Source of the DNA: Abditibacteriaceae bacterium
GTDB lineage: Bacteria > Armatimonadota > Abditibacteriia > Abditibacteriales > Abditibacteriaceae
DNA length: 64,000 bases
Assembly (NCBI GenBank): GCA_965277285.1
Contig: OZ255721.1
Span: forward strand, 224,001 to 288,000
Direction: 5' to 3'
In this document: positions 43,522 to 53,647 of the stretch, in pieces
Layout of the letters: every line of letters begins with the position of its first letter
Position numbering within the stretch: the first letter of the stretch is position 1
The notes under the pieces: model-generated
Seen by the model: only the letters and a program-made list of their open reading frames with translations
The model's database searches: none
What the model was told of the DNA's origin: nothing
Made by a program: the position numbers and the translations under genes

Positions 43522-44685
43522 ATGTCTTCGTTTTCTTCTCGTTCTTCGGGTTCTGGCCTGGCGCTTTGCGCGGCTTCAGCAGTCGTGCTGGGCGCCGCGT
43601 TTTTGTTGTGGGAATCGCGTTCTCAAGCGGCTCGCAACGATGGCGCGAACGGACACAATGTTCAATCAAGTACTCGAAATGGTGCGCAAACCCTGCCGGT
43701 GCAATGGCACGTGACCGCAGCGGCAGCGCAATTGTTGCATCGCGGTTTCGTAGCGGATAGCAGCTTGTCTTTCAGTGCGGATGTTGTGACGACGGCAATG
43801 TATGGCGCCCATAAAGTGCAAACGCGCGCTCATCTGATGCGCGCGCCGCGTCGCTTGAGCATTACTTATCTGAGCGGTGATCGTCGTGGACTGGCAGCCG
43901 GTTACAACGAGCACTGGTTTTGGCGCCGCGAAGGAGAAAATGCACCCATGCAAGCGTATGCTTCGGTTGCACTTCGCCCCGACGAAATGGTGACGCAACG
44001 TTTCGCGCTTTTAACGCGCAATTATGGCGGCGCTGTGGTGCGCCAGGATCGCGTTGACGGGCGTTTGTGCGATGTCGTCGAAGTACGGCGCAAGCAAGCG
44101 TTAGAAAACACTCGCGGCCCGTTCAAACGATTCTGGATCGACCATATCACAGGCTTGACGATGCGCACCGATGCTTACAATTGTCGTGGCGACCTGGTGT
44201 TGCGCTCGATTTTGTCGAACGTGCAAATGCAGCCGAAGGTTTCCGCCCAAAGTTTTGTTCTGCCCGAGCAGATGAAAAGTATCGCGCGCAAAACGTCGTG
44301 GAAAAACGAAGAACTGGGCAGCGACCGCGCCGAAGTCAAGGCGATGACGGGCATCGCGCCGCCGCAACCAGCGTGGCTGCCCGAAGGATTTGCCTTCGAC
44401 AGTGTGGGAATGCACCACACATCGCTGGCTAAAGGTTCGCCCTTGACTGCTTTGTCGCGCTACGGCGATGGCTTGAATGTCATCACAATTTTCGCTTTCA
44501 AAACGCAACACAACGCCGCGTCCGCGATAAAAGCAACTGCAAAAGCGCCGCATTTGGTTTCCTGCACCTTCGGCGCGGGCGCGATGGTGATGCGCGAAAT
44601 GCCGGATGGCCTGACTTTGCTGGCTGTAGGCGATTTGCCGACACCGATGCTCGGGCGCATCCTCGACAGCGTTTCTACGCAGTAA
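43522..44685 (+). CDS. MucB/RseB-like periplasmic protein
   Basis: LolA-like segment (DRVDGRLCDVV, RFWIDHITGL), PAWLPEGF, YGDGLNVITIF. Confidence 0.78.
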   Translation: MSSFSSRSSGSGLALCAASAVVLGAAFLLWESRSQAARNDGANGHNVQSSTRNGAQTLPVQWHVTAAAAQLLHRGFVADSSLSFSADVVTTAMYGAHKVQTRAHLMRAPRRLSITYLSGDRRGLAAGYNEHWFWRREGENAPMQAYASVALRPDEMVTQRFALLTRNYGGAVVRQDRVDGRLCDVVEVRRKQALENTRGPFKRFWIDHITGLTMRTDAYNCRGDLVLRSILSNVQMQPKVSAQSFVLPEQMKSIARKTSWKNEELGSDRAEVKAMTGIAPPQPAWLPEGFAFDSVGMHHTSLAKGSPLTALSRYGDGLNVITIFAFKTQHNAASAIKATAKAPHLVSCTFGAGAMVMREMPDGLTLLAVGDLPTPMLGRILDSVSTQ

Positions 44686-44876
44686 TTTTCGGTGACATCG
44701 AGTACTCGATTGTCATTGCAAACCTTCCCTTTTCATATTGAACTGCATCGAGCAATGTTCAGTCTCACGCGTGCTTCAACACGTCGGCTTTGTCAAACGA
44801 CCGGGCTTCGGCGTATAATCCTTATAGTCGAAGAAAGTTGTTCAAAAGCATCCAATGCCGGAATCTGGGACACATT

Positions 44877-46205
44877 ATGCGAGTACTCCATCGTCGTTTT
44901 CGTCGCACGCTATTTTTGCCGATCCTTTCATTTTGTGTTTCAGGAGTTTGTGTCGCCGCGATGCAACTTCCGGCGCGCGCACAATTGAAGCCTATGAACG
45001 CGCCGCCCGATCTCACGCCGAAAGAAATCGAGATGGGCAAAAAGTCGGTGCTGGAATTAGAAAAAGACCCCAAAATCAAACTTTTGGACGGCAGTAAAGA
45101 CCCTAAAGCAAAAGCATTGCTCGATAAGTTGAACGACATGGCAACCACGCTGGGCAAAGTTTCGGGGCGGCCTCTTGTCAAATACAACGTCAAAATCATC
45201 GAAGACCCGGATGTAAACGCCTTTACGCTTCCTGGCGGCCATATTTATGTATCGCAAGGTTTGCTCGATATGGCGGGCAGCGATGACGAAATCGCGGCGG
45301 TTCTGGGCCACGAAATCGGTCATAACGTGCGGATGCACGTTTTGCGCGAACAGGAACGCGAAAAGCCTTTGCAATGGGTCGAAATTGCAGCGATGTTGGC
45401 GATGCTCAAAGGCGGCAACAACGGCGCTAATATCGCGCAAATCGCGCCCTACATTTTGACGGGCGTCGTCAACAAATATAGCATCGGTTACGAAGAAGAA
45501 GCCGATGCTTGCGCGATTGAAGAAATGCGCAAAACGCAATACAATCCTTCGGCGATGGTGACATTTATGCAGCGCTTGCAGGATGAAGAAAGCCGCCATC
45601 CACAAGTCGAACTGGGCATTTATCAAGATCACCCTTTGTCCGCCGAACGCGTGCAAACCGCGCTCGACGCCTTAAAGCGCGACGGCATTCCATTCACGCC
45701 ACGCGCCGTTTCAGGCGGCACCGAAGCTGTCGTCGTCGAAAAAGAAGATCGCGTCAGCGTTGTCTGGGACACTTTGACATTGTTTGAGTTTGCTTCGTCA
45801 AAAACCGCCGCCAACGTTGCGTCCAAGTCGGAAAGTCCAAAAGTTGCCACCACAAAGATCGAAACTCCAAAAACTGAAATGGCCAAGCCCGTCGAAGTAT
45901 CGAGTACTGGAAACGCGCAAAACACGCCGCCGCCCGTTGCTGAAGTTGTTTCGCCAGCAAAAAAACGCGCGCAAACCGCCGCTGCACGATTGAACGACTT
46001 GATGCGCGATAATTTGCGATTATACGAAGTTCTGGTGAATGCCGATGGCGACGAAGCGACCATTTCGGCGCGCGGACAAGTTATTGCGCGTGCCACACTT
46101 GCCGATGCAAAATTGCAGAAAACGACGCCGCTTGCTCTGGCACAAGGTTGGAAAACCAATTTGCAGCGCTTGTTTTGGAAAGAAACGCTCAACGGCGCGA
46201 TGTAA
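44877..46205 (+). CDS. M48 family metallopeptidase (BepA-like)
   Basis: NAFTLPGG, AAVLGHEIGH, EEEAD, DHP..ER. Confidence 0.88.
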   Translation: MRVLHRRFRRTLFLPILSFCVSGVCVAAMQLPARAQLKPMNAPPDLTPKEIEMGKKSVLELEKDPKIKLLDGSKDPKAKALLDKLNDMATTLGKVSGRPLVKYNVKIIEDPDVNAFTLPGGHIYVSQGLLDMAGSDDEIAAVLGHEIGHNVRMHVLREQEREKPLQWVEIAAMLAMLKGGNNGANIAQIAPYILTGVVNKYSIGYEEEADACAIEEMRKTQYNPSAMVTFMQRLQDEESRHPQVELGIYQDHPLSAERVQTALDALKRDGIPFTPRAVSGGTEAVVVEKEDRVSVVWDTLTLFEFASSKTAANVASKSESPKVATTKIETPKTEMAKPVEVSSTGNAQNTPPPVAEVVSPAKKRAQTAAARLNDLMRDNLRLYEVLVNADGDEATISARGQVIARATLADAKLQKTTPLALAQGWKTNLQRLFWKETLNGAM

Positions 46206-46225
46206 ATTGAGGTTGAAGAAATCGG

Positions 46226-46266
46226 AAGCACGAACGCTCTTTGAACAACGTTCGTGCTTTTTGTTT
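46226..46266 (+). terminator. Intrinsic terminator
   Basis: AAGCACGAACG..CGTTCGTGCTTTTTGTTT. Confidence 0.7.
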
Positions 46267-46277
46267 AACTGGCGTTC

Positions 46278-47144
46278 ATGTTTCCGATTTCTTCTCGCAC
46301 CAAAGTCCTCGCCATCATTGGCGAGCCGATTGAACATTCGATTTCACCGCGCATTCAAAACGTGGCCTGGCGTGCCGCAAATTCCGATTTTGTGCTGATC
46401 GCATGTCGCGTGTCGCCGGAGAATCTTTCGTCTGTTGTTCGTGGCGCCCGCGATTTGGGGTTTCTGGGCTTGATGGTGACGATTCCGCACAAAGAACGAG
46501 TACTCGAATTGTGCGACGAAATGGACATTTCTGCGCGCGACGTTGGCGCCGCCAATTTGCTGCATTTTCGCGCCGATGGAAAAATTATCGGCTATTCTTC
46601 CGATGGCTGGGCCGCGGTCAAAGATTTGGGTGAACACGGCGTCTTGGTTCACGGCGCGAAAGTCACGATTTTGGGCGCTGGTGGCGCCGCGCGTTCGCTG
46701 GCTTTGACGTTCGCGCGCGAAGGTGCTAAAAGCATTCGAGTACTCAATCGCACGATTGAACGCGCGCAGAAAATCGTCGATGAAGTCGCGGTGTTAGGTA
46801 TTCAATGCTGCGCAGCGGGAACCGACGAACTTTCCTTGCGCGAACACTTGCACGACGCTGATTTACTAATCAACGCCACGTCCATTGGAATGTCGCCGAA
46901 TAGGAATGAAACGCCACTTGCGCGCGACTATTTGCGCCCAGATTTGGCGGTTTATGACATCGTTTACAATCCACTTGAAACACGACTTTTGCGTGAAGCC
47001 CGCGAAATCGGCGCAACCGCGATTGACGGTTTGGGAATGTTGATCGGCACCAACATTCGCGCCGCGCAAATCTGCGCTAATGTCGATTTGAGTTGGGACG
47101 TAATGCGCGAAGAAGCCTTGCGTGTGTTGAGCGCAAGCAGCTAA
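46278..47144 (+). CDS. aroE: Shikimate dehydrogenase
   Basis: GEPIEHSISP, VTIPHK, GAGGAAR, NATSIGM, DIVYNP, DGLGML. Confidence 0.92.
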   Translation: MFPISSRTKVLAIIGEPIEHSISPRIQNVAWRAANSDFVLIACRVSPENLSSVVRGARDLGFLGLMVTIPHKERVLELCDEMDISARDVGAANLLHFRADGKIIGYSSDGWAAVKDLGEHGVLVHGAKVTILGAGGAARSLALTFAREGAKSIRVLNRTIERAQKIVDEVAVLGIQCCAAGTDELSLREHLHDADLLINATSIGMSPNRNETPLARDYLRPDLAVYDIVYNPLETRLLREAREIGATAIDGLGMLIGTNIRAAQICANVDLSWDVMREEALRVLSASS

Positions 47145-47172
47145 AAGCATGTTGAGTGGAAAATCCCACTGC

Positions 47173-47317
47173 ATGAAAAATCGCTTGAGCCGAACTCGAT
47201 TACGAAGCCAACGTGCGCACTTATCGAGAAATCAAAGACGTGAAAAACTCGCTGCACAATCTGGAAGAAAAGCTGCAAACTCTCGAAACGTTGCTGCGCG
47301 AAAAAGATGCGCGCTGA
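47173..47317 (+). pseudogene. Possible C-terminal remnant of a DUF1003-like gene
   Basis: KNRL / frameshift / AELDYEANVRTYREIKDVKNSLHNLEEKL..*. Confidence 0.4.
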
Positions 47318-47337
47318 GTCTGGAGAAAGAACTGCGA

Positions 47338-47427
47338 CAACGAACCCTGAGCGTCAGCGACGGGTGGGAATTTTAGGTACGAACAAACTCTTACTTTTCA
47401 CCCGTCGCTGACGCTCAGGGTTCGTTG
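47338..47427. repeat. REP family B doublet (REPIN-like)
   Basis: CAACGAACCCTGAGCGTCAGCGACGGGTG perfect 29-bp IR with 32-nt spacer. Confidence 0.85.
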
Positions 47428-47449
47428 CGCAATTCAAGTTGATTGTTCT

Positions 47450-49072
47450 TCACTCCAACTTCTTCAAGCGCGCGTTGATGCTTTGCGCTTCAGGACGATT
47501 CTGCAAATCCAAAATCGCGTGCGGCAAAGCATCGGCGATGTCGTGCGCAACAAGTCCGTTGCCGGTTTTCGAGTACTCGATGTCGCCCGCCAATCCGTGC
47601 AAATAAACGCCAAGCAGCGTCGCGTTCAAAGCATCTTTGAGTTGCGCCAAAAGTCCCGCGATAGTTCCGGTTAAAACGTCGCCGCTGCCGCCGGTCGCCA
47701 TTCCCGCGTTGCCCGTCAAGTTGATCCACGTTCGTCCATCCGGCGCCGCGACAACACTGCGCGCGCCTTTCAAAACGACGAACGCGTTGTATTTCTGCGC
47801 ACATTCGACCGCGATTTCCAAACGCTGTTCGTTGACGCTTTTCGCGTCGCTGCCCATCAATTCGCCCATTTCGCCAGGATGTGGCGTCAAAATCGTCGGC
47901 GCCATGCGAGCTTTGACTTGATCGGCGATAGCAGGCAAAGCATAAAGCGCGTCGGCGTCAATGATGAGCGGCAAATCGCATTCGCGGACGATGCGACGCG
48001 CGAAGTTTAAAGCGCCGTCCGACCGCGAAAGTCCCGGCCCTAAAGCGACAACGTTGGCGCCTTGCCAAATGTCGGGAAGTTTGTCGGCTGCGCTTTCGAT
48101 CAGGCGGCCTTCATCGTCGCAAGGCAAGGCGTGCGAAGTCGCTTCGAGAATGTTGGTGGAAAACGAATCGAGTACTCGATCCGGCACGCACGCGATGCAA
48201 AGTCCGGCGCCAACGCGCAACGCCGCACGCGACGCCAGCGCAGGCGCGCCGCTCATGCCGCGACTTCCGCCGCAAATAATCACGCGTCCGGCTGTGCCTT
48301 TGTGCGCATCAGTCGGGCGATAAGGAAGAAGCGCGTGCGCCGTGGTACGAGACAGCAATTCACAGCCGGTTTTGGTGTCAGGAAGTTGTTCTGAAGCTGT
48401 GCCGATGCCGCCGACCCAGATTTCGCCGCAAAGGTCAATTCCATCGCGCAAGAGCATTCCACTTTTTGGTGAAGCAAACGTGACAGTGTAATCAACGCGG
48501 ATTGTTTCCGGTGCCGCTTGACCAGTTTGTGCGTTCAAGCCGGAAGGCAAGTCAATGGCGACGCAAGGTTTCCACTCCGCTGACGCATATTGCATGGCGC
48601 AACGCATTCTTGCATCAGTAATTCCACTATGAAAACCTGTTCCCAAAAGTGCATCTAAAATGATGTCGGCGTCGCCGGAATAATCCAGAAATTGAGACGT
48701 ATCTTTGTAGTTGTCTTCATTCGCTGCGATGACTTTCATGTTAAGGAAAACTTCGCCATGTGTCTGCGCGTGCTGCAAAGCGCGATAGTTAATCAGTGCG
48801 TCACCTTTCAATTCGTGAGGGGAACACGCAAGAAAGACATCAACGAAACATAATCCCGTCAAATGACGCGCAATAGCGAAACCATCGCCGCCGTTGTTGC
48901 CTTTGCCACACAAAACGGCGACGCGTTTGCCTCGCAATGGCGCGAACTTCCATTCGAGGAATTCGACGACGCGCAAAGCGGCGTTTTCCATCAGCACAAA
49001 CGAGGGAATCGAGTACTCGTTTGTCGCGGCGGCGTCGAAGGCGCGCATTTGTTCGGGTGTAAAAACTTTCAT
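47450..49072 (-). CDS. nnr: Bifunctional NAD(P)H-hydrate epimerase/dehydratase (YjeF)
   Basis: LMENAA, GKGNNGGDG, DLPSG, HKG, GPGL, DADAL, TPHPGE, GGSGDVL. Confidence 0.94.
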   Translation of the reverse strand: MKVFTPEQMRAFDAAATNEYSIPSFVLMENAALRVVEFLEWKFAPLRGKRVAVLCGKGNNGGDGFAIARHLTGLCFVDVFLACSPHELKGDALINYRALQHAQTHGEVFLNMKVIAANEDNYKDTSQFLDYSGDADIILDALLGTGFHSGITDARMRCAMQYASAEWKPCVAIDLPSGLNAQTGQAAPETIRVDYTVTFASPKSGMLLRDGIDLCGEIWVGGIGTASEQLPDTKTGCELLSRTTAHALLPYRPTDAHKGTAGRVIICGGSRGMSGAPALASRAALRVGAGLCIACVPDRVLDSFSTNILEATSHALPCDDEGRLIESAADKLPDIWQGANVVALGPGLSRSDGALNFARRIVRECDLPLIIDADALYALPAIADQVKARMAPTILTPHPGEMGELMGSDAKSVNEQRLEIAVECAQKYNAFVVLKGARSVVAAPDGRTWINLTGNAGMATGGSGDVLTGTIAGLLAQLKDALNATLLGVYLHGLAGDIEYSKTGNGLVAHDIADALPHAILDLQNRPEAQSINARLKKLE

Positions 49073-49113
49073 AAGAAAATAGAAAATACCGGATGAAGTC
49101 GAAGACGCCGTTT

Positions 49114-49145
49114 TATTCCGTATTCATCATTCCGTATTCCGTATT
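49114..49145. repeat. Heptamer tandem repeat (YATTCMK)n
   Basis: TATTCCG TATTCAT CATTCCG TATTCCG TATT. Confidence 0.8.
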
Positions 49146-50182
49146 TGTTTCCGTCCAGCCAGCCAGAAGCCCAATGCGCTACCAAAGGCGCCCCAACTGG
49201 CGGCTTCAAAGGGCGACGAGTCCCAGATGACGCGCGCGGCGGGTTGCAAAACCGAAACTGTGCCGCCCGATTGAAACCACAATCCGCAAACGAACGCGAC
49301 CGCAATCGGCGCCGCGATCAGATAAGCGACCGTATTTTCGCCGCCGTTTTGTGTTGCCGCACTTCCAAAGAAACGCCGCGTCAGCCACGCGCCGCCGCCA
49401 AACGACACCACGCAAAGCAAAGCCGCTATGGCCGCAAGAAATGGCGATGCGGGCAATTCGCTTCCGTTGAGCAAGGGAAGCGCGAGTAACGTCAGTCCGA
49501 AAATCGACAGCAGAAACAAGCCTGGAACCGCCACCATCAACGGAAAAGTCAGGTTGCGGCTGAAAGCGCGCGAAGTTTGCGAAAGCGCGATGTTTTCCGT
49601 GGCGTCCTCGGCAACTGCAACCGGAGTTTTGCGCCTGGCATTTTTCGTTTTTTTATTCAACGAATCACGTTGTGCCAAGCGTTGCGGCGCGAAAAAGCGT
49701 TTTTCCGCGAGCCATCCCATAATTGCGGCGATCAGCAAGCCGAAGGCGACGCACAAAGGCTGACTGACGCCGTTCGACCAGAAAACCGCTTTTAAGGTGT
49801 TCTCGTTTTGTTGACCGGGCGACAGGAAATTGGGGAATCGAGTACTCGAAAGCGTGTGAAAAAGCCAGCCCAAAATGCCCCAGCCCAGAGCGCAGGCCGC
49901 GCCCGGCAACATTCGCAAGGAAGGTCGATCCAAACCGCGCATGGCGATGGTCGCTACCAAGCCGCCGACCATCGCGGAAAAAATCAGGCCGCGAAAAACG
50001 TGGCCGCCGATTTCGCTTTGTCCAAAAGGCGACCAGAGTTCGCGCGCGCGAAAACCCAGAGCCGTCAGCAAAATGGTCGATAAAACTGCGCCCAGCAATA
50101 AACTGAGCAGCCATTCGGTGCGATTTACGCTTTTGTCGGAGCCGATTATGGGAGTTAGAGATGGTGAAGAACTTTTATTCAT
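49127..50182 (-). CDS. Hypothetical multi-pass membrane protein
   Basis: About 8 hydrophobic segments. Confidence 0.7.
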   Translation of the reverse strand: MNKSSSPSLTPIIGSDKSVNRTEWLLSLLLGAVLSTILLTALGFRARELWSPFGQSEIGGHVFRGLIFSAMVGGLVATIAMRGLDRPSLRMLPGAACALGWGILGWLFHTLSSTRFPNFLSPGQQNENTLKAVFWSNGVSQPLCVAFGLLIAAIMGWLAEKRFFAPQRLAQRDSLNKKTKNARRKTPVAVAEDATENIALSQTSRAFSRNLTFPLMVAVPGLFLLSIFGLTLLALPLLNGSELPASPFLAAIAALLCVVSFGGGAWLTRRFFGSAATQNGGENTVAYLIAAPIAVAFVCGLWFQSGGTVSVLQPAARVIWDSSPFEAASWGAFGSALGFWLAGRKQIRNTE

Positions 50183-50351
50183 AATTTCCAAAGGTTCAGT
50201 TTTTGAGGTCAGCAACGCGTTTTGAGTACTCGAAAGGAGTCGCGTTGGCTCTTGCGGCCTTTATTTTAATCGAAAGTGTGTTGCGCGGTGATTTCAGGCG
50301 GCCTCGAAAACGTGGAAAGCACATACAGACCGCGAACGATTTGTGAATTTT

Positions 50352-51119
50352 ATGACCATAACGCAACCAATTGCCGATACCGCAAGCGAAGCCAACGATA
50401 CCGAAGCCAAACATCCAAACGCTGAATGGAACCAGGCCAGCGACGCGCAAAAAGTCGAGGTTTTGTGGCGCGAACTGATGATCGCGCGCGAAGAACTCAA
50501 AGCGGCGCGCGTCCAGATAGAAATGATGCGGCGCGAAAATCGTGAACTGGTACGCCTGGATGAACTAACGGGTTTGCCAAATTACAGCGCCTTTGTCGAG
50601 CGCATCAGCGGAGAAGTGCAACGCGCCGCACGTTTTTCCACGCCGCTATCAATTTTGCTGCTCGATCTGGACAATTTTAGTGATCTGGCGTGTCGTTGGG
50701 GACATGACGGCGCACAAGACGTGTTGCGCGGCATCGCTCAAACGTTGCAACAAAACACGCGCACGGTCGATATTGTCGCGCGTTATGGCGCGCATCAGTT
50801 TGGCGCGATTTTGCCGAACACCAGTCAGCAAGGCGCCATTTTGTTAGCTGAACGCTTGTGCCTCGCTATCGAATCGCACGACGTGCAAGGCCCAACGTTG
50901 TGCGCCAGTTTCGGCGTGACGACGGTTACGAGCGACCATTTGGACGGCAAAACCTGCATCGCGCAAGCCTATAAAGCGATGCGCTATTCGGCAATTACGG
51001 GTCGCAATCGCATCACGCACGCGCAACAATCGAGCATTCAGCGCATCACGCCGTGGGGCGATGTGCCCAGCGTGCAACTCGTTCACGCCGATGGCGAACT
51101 AAGGGAAATCGAGAATTGA
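50352..51119 (+). CDS. GGDEF-domain protein with degenerate active site
   Basis: DELTGLPN, LDLDNF, ARYGAHQF, SFGV; coiled-coil N-terminus. Confidence 0.85.
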   Translation: MTITQPIADTASEANDTEAKHPNAEWNQASDAQKVEVLWRELMIAREELKAARVQIEMMRRENRELVRLDELTGLPNYSAFVERISGEVQRAARFSTPLSILLLDLDNFSDLACRWGHDGAQDVLRGIAQTLQQNTRTVDIVARYGAHQFGAILPNTSQQGAILLAERLCLAIESHDVQGPTLCASFGVTTVTSDHLDGKTCIAQAYKAMRYSAITGRNRITHAQQSSIQRITPWGDVPSVQLVHADGELREIEN

Positions 51120-51179
51120 AAAAAGGTTCGAGTGTTCAACTTGAGTACTTGATGCGGCGTTCGATGAAAGCCCTTGCAA

Positions 51180-51283
51180 AAGCCCACAAACTCGCACTTT
51201 GTCATTCTGAGTGAAACGAAGAATCTAACTTCAGCCAGATTCTTCGTTTCACTCAGAATGACAAAGTGCGAGTTTGTGGGCTT
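51180..51283. repeat. REP family A doublet in a 47-bp perfect hairpin
   Basis: AAGCCCACAAACTCGCACTTTGTCATTCTGAGTGAAACGAAGAATCT, 10-nt loop, exact reverse complement. Confidence 0.9.
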
Positions 51284-51318
51284 AGTTTTCGACTTTTTAT
51301 GCAACTTTTGCAAATGTT

Positions 51319-52152
51319 TTATTTGCGCGAAACCATAAACGTCGCCAGCGCCTTGAGTTCGGGCGCACTGAGATAATCGTAAGCGGGCATCGTCGAATCG
51401 GGATGTTTGCTGCGCGGATTTTTCAAGTGTTCGATGTGCCATTGAACGCTCGTTTCATCACTGCCGATGTGCGTTAAATCAGGCGCTCTTTTGCCGCCTT
51501 TGCCGTCCATCTGGTGGCACGAATTGCAACTTTCCGAAACGTAAAGTTTTTGGCCTTGCGCCACGAACTTCGCATCCAGCGGTACAAAGCCCGAACCAGG
51601 CGCAGTCGCTTTTTGTGGAGGGCGCGCACCTGATGTCTTGGAAGGCGCGGTTTTTGTGGCGTCCTCTGGCTCGTTTTTCGCGTGTGGAAAAATTGCGGCG
51701 GGGCCATTGGCGTCATCGCCGAACACCATCTGGCCGCCCAAATGTCCCGTCACACCAACGGCAATCGCCACCAAAACTGAGAGAAAAACTATCGCGCCGC
51801 GTCCGCGAATATTCGACAGGTTGTCATAATCACGCGCTTTGGTGCGCCACAAAAGAAGAATCAGCGCCAGACCCGACGAACCGAACGCCAATAAGCGGTG
51901 CCACACGAAAATTGGCGGCAACGTCGATTGGCCATACAATTTTCCGCCCGCGATCCAGCCTGTTGCCAGACTGGGAATCGCCATCAAAACCGCCAATGCC
52001 AGCATCCAGAACGAAACGATGCGCCATTCGCTTTTGCGCCTGAGCGTCGCGCCGATGTCGAACGCCGCGCCACCCAACAGCATGGCAACGGGAAAGTGTG
52101 TTATTGCGCCGTGCAACGCTGTCCATGATGCGGGAAACCAGGAAGAAAACAT
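51319..52152 (-). CDS. DUF2231-like membrane domain fused to cytochrome c
   Basis: HGAITHFP, TGHLGGQMV, CNSCH heme motif, STMPAY. Confidence 0.82.
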   Translation of the reverse strand: MFSSWFPASWTALHGAITHFPVAMLLGGAAFDIGATLRRKSEWRIVSFWMLALAVLMAIPSLATGWIAGGKLYGQSTLPPIFVWHRLLAFGSSGLALILLLWRTKARDYDNLSNIRGRGAIVFLSVLVAIAVGVTGHLGGQMVFGDDANGPAAIFPHAKNEPEDATKTAPSKTSGARPPQKATAPGSGFVPLDAKFVAQGQKLYVSESCNSCHQMDGKGGKRAPDLTHIGSDETSVQWHIEHLKNPRSKHPDSTMPAYDYLSAPELKALATFMVSRK

Positions 52153-52174
52153 AAATCGAGTACTCGAATAAAGA

Positions 52175-52204
52175 TGTAGGGACGCATTGCGATGCGCCCC
52201 TACA
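52175..52204. repeat. GTAG-type REP palindrome
   Basis: TGTAGGGACGCATTGCGATGCGCCCCTACA. Confidence 0.7.
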
Positions 52205-52211
52205 ATACGCT

Positions 52212-53633
52212 TCACACATCGCCGGGTTCATCGGCCATGCGAACGATGCGCGGCATGAACTTTCCGACGATGTCCACCAAATCGCGTTGCGCGGCGATGA
52301 CGCTTTCGATGTCCTTATACGCCTGCGGCGATTCGTCCAGGCCGCCGCCCAGCAATTGCACGCCGCGTTCCTGCAAATAACGGTCGCGCATCGTTTTGGT
52401 GACGGCTTCATTGGCCGCGCGCCGCGACATTTTGCGACCCGCGCCATGACTGGCCGAATTGATCGAACTGCCGACGCCTTTGCCGCGCACCACGTAACCG
52501 GCGTCGCCCATCGAACCCGGAATGACACCCAAAACGCCTTCTCCGGCGGGCGTCGCGCCTTTACGATGCACAATTGCTTCTGTTCCATCTTCGAGCGTTT
52601 CCTTCCACGCGAAGTTGTGATGGTTTTCGACAGACGCGATTTCCTTGACGCCCGCCGCTTTCGCTACGCGTTCGTGGATGACTTTGTGGTTGGCGCTGGC
52701 GAAACGTCCGGCCAGTTCCATCGAAATCCAGTACTCGATGCCAGCTTCGCTGTCCAAATCGAGCCACGCCAGATGACGCACCACGTTTTCCAGTTTCGGA
52801 TGCAGATCGCGCGCGATTTTCGAATACTCGTTGGCGATCTTGAAACCGACGCCACGCGAACCGCTGTGCGACAGCAACGCCAGATATTCGCCAGCTTCCA
52901 GATTCAAATCATCAGAACGCTTGTCCAACGTGAAGCTGCCCCATTCGACGAAATGGTTGCCGGTTCCGCTGGTGCCCAACTGCTCGCGCGCCTTGTTGTG
53001 CAAACTTCTCAGCAAACGTGTCGCTTTCCAGCCCGCGTCGTCCAAAACTTCGTGTTCGGGGCGATTGCTGCCAGCCCATTCGCAGCCGCGACCAAAACGC
53101 GTCCAATCGCTCAAGGCTTTGGCGAATTGCGGTTTTTGCCCCAATGCGTGCGGCGAAATTTCGTAAACCGAAAGCCTCATGCGGCACGCGATGTCGACGC
53201 CGACTGCATACGGAATCACGGTTCCCGCTGTCGCCAGAACGCCGCCAATCGGCAAGCCGTAACCGACGTGCGCGTCCGGCATCAAGGCGCCCGCGACCGC
53301 GACCGGCAAAGTCATCGCGTGACGCATTTGCTCGGTCGCGCCAAAGTCGATGCCGTCGGCGCCCCAGGTTTGAAAACTGATCGGTTCGTCGCGCAGTTTG
53401 TCGTCGCTGCGCGAAGTTTCGGTTGTGGTGCGACGAATCGTTTCGCGCGCCAAATCCGCGAACAAAGGCGTCGCCAGATATTCCGACGGGTTTTCGCGCA
53501 CTTTGTCCAAACGGTCGAGAATGGTTGCTTCGTCGTGACCGCTGGCTTCCATTTTCTGCGCGGCGGCTTTGGCTAGACCGATAATTTTTCCTTCCGGCCA
53601 GCCGCGCGACTTCAAAACTTTTCCTGTGAACAT
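52212..53633 (-). CDS. rtcB: RtcB RNA ligase
   Basis: MPDAHVGYGLPIG, VGVDIAC, GTSGTGNHF, HSGSRG, HHN, HRKGAT, PGSMG, SHGAGR, DESPQAYK. Confidence 0.96.
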   Translation of the reverse strand: MFTGKVLKSRGWPEGKIIGLAKAAAQKMEASGHDEATILDRLDKVRENPSEYLATPLFADLARETIRRTTTETSRSDDKLRDEPISFQTWGADGIDFGATEQMRHAMTLPVAVAGALMPDAHVGYGLPIGGVLATAGTVIPYAVGVDIACRMRLSVYEISPHALGQKPQFAKALSDWTRFGRGCEWAGSNRPEHEVLDDAGWKATRLLRSLHNKAREQLGTSGTGNHFVEWGSFTLDKRSDDLNLEAGEYLALLSHSGSRGVGFKIANEYSKIARDLHPKLENVVRHLAWLDLDSEAGIEYWISMELAGRFASANHKVIHERVAKAAGVKEIASVENHHNFAWKETLEDGTEAIVHRKGATPAGEGVLGVIPGSMGDAGYVVRGKGVGSSINSASHGAGRKMSRRAANEAVTKTMRDRYLQERGVQLLGGGLDESPQAYKDIESVIAAQRDLVDIVGKFMPRIVRMADEPGDV

Positions 53634-53647
53634 AAGAGTCCTTGAAC

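Noticed and set aside
47149..47376. 75-aa basic ORF
   Set aside because: Runs into a REP and has no SD; another frame looks more protein-like.
51083..51442. ORFs containing HFVILSETKNL or VILSAAKNL (also 61050-61475)
   Set aside because: These are translations of REP family A hairpins.
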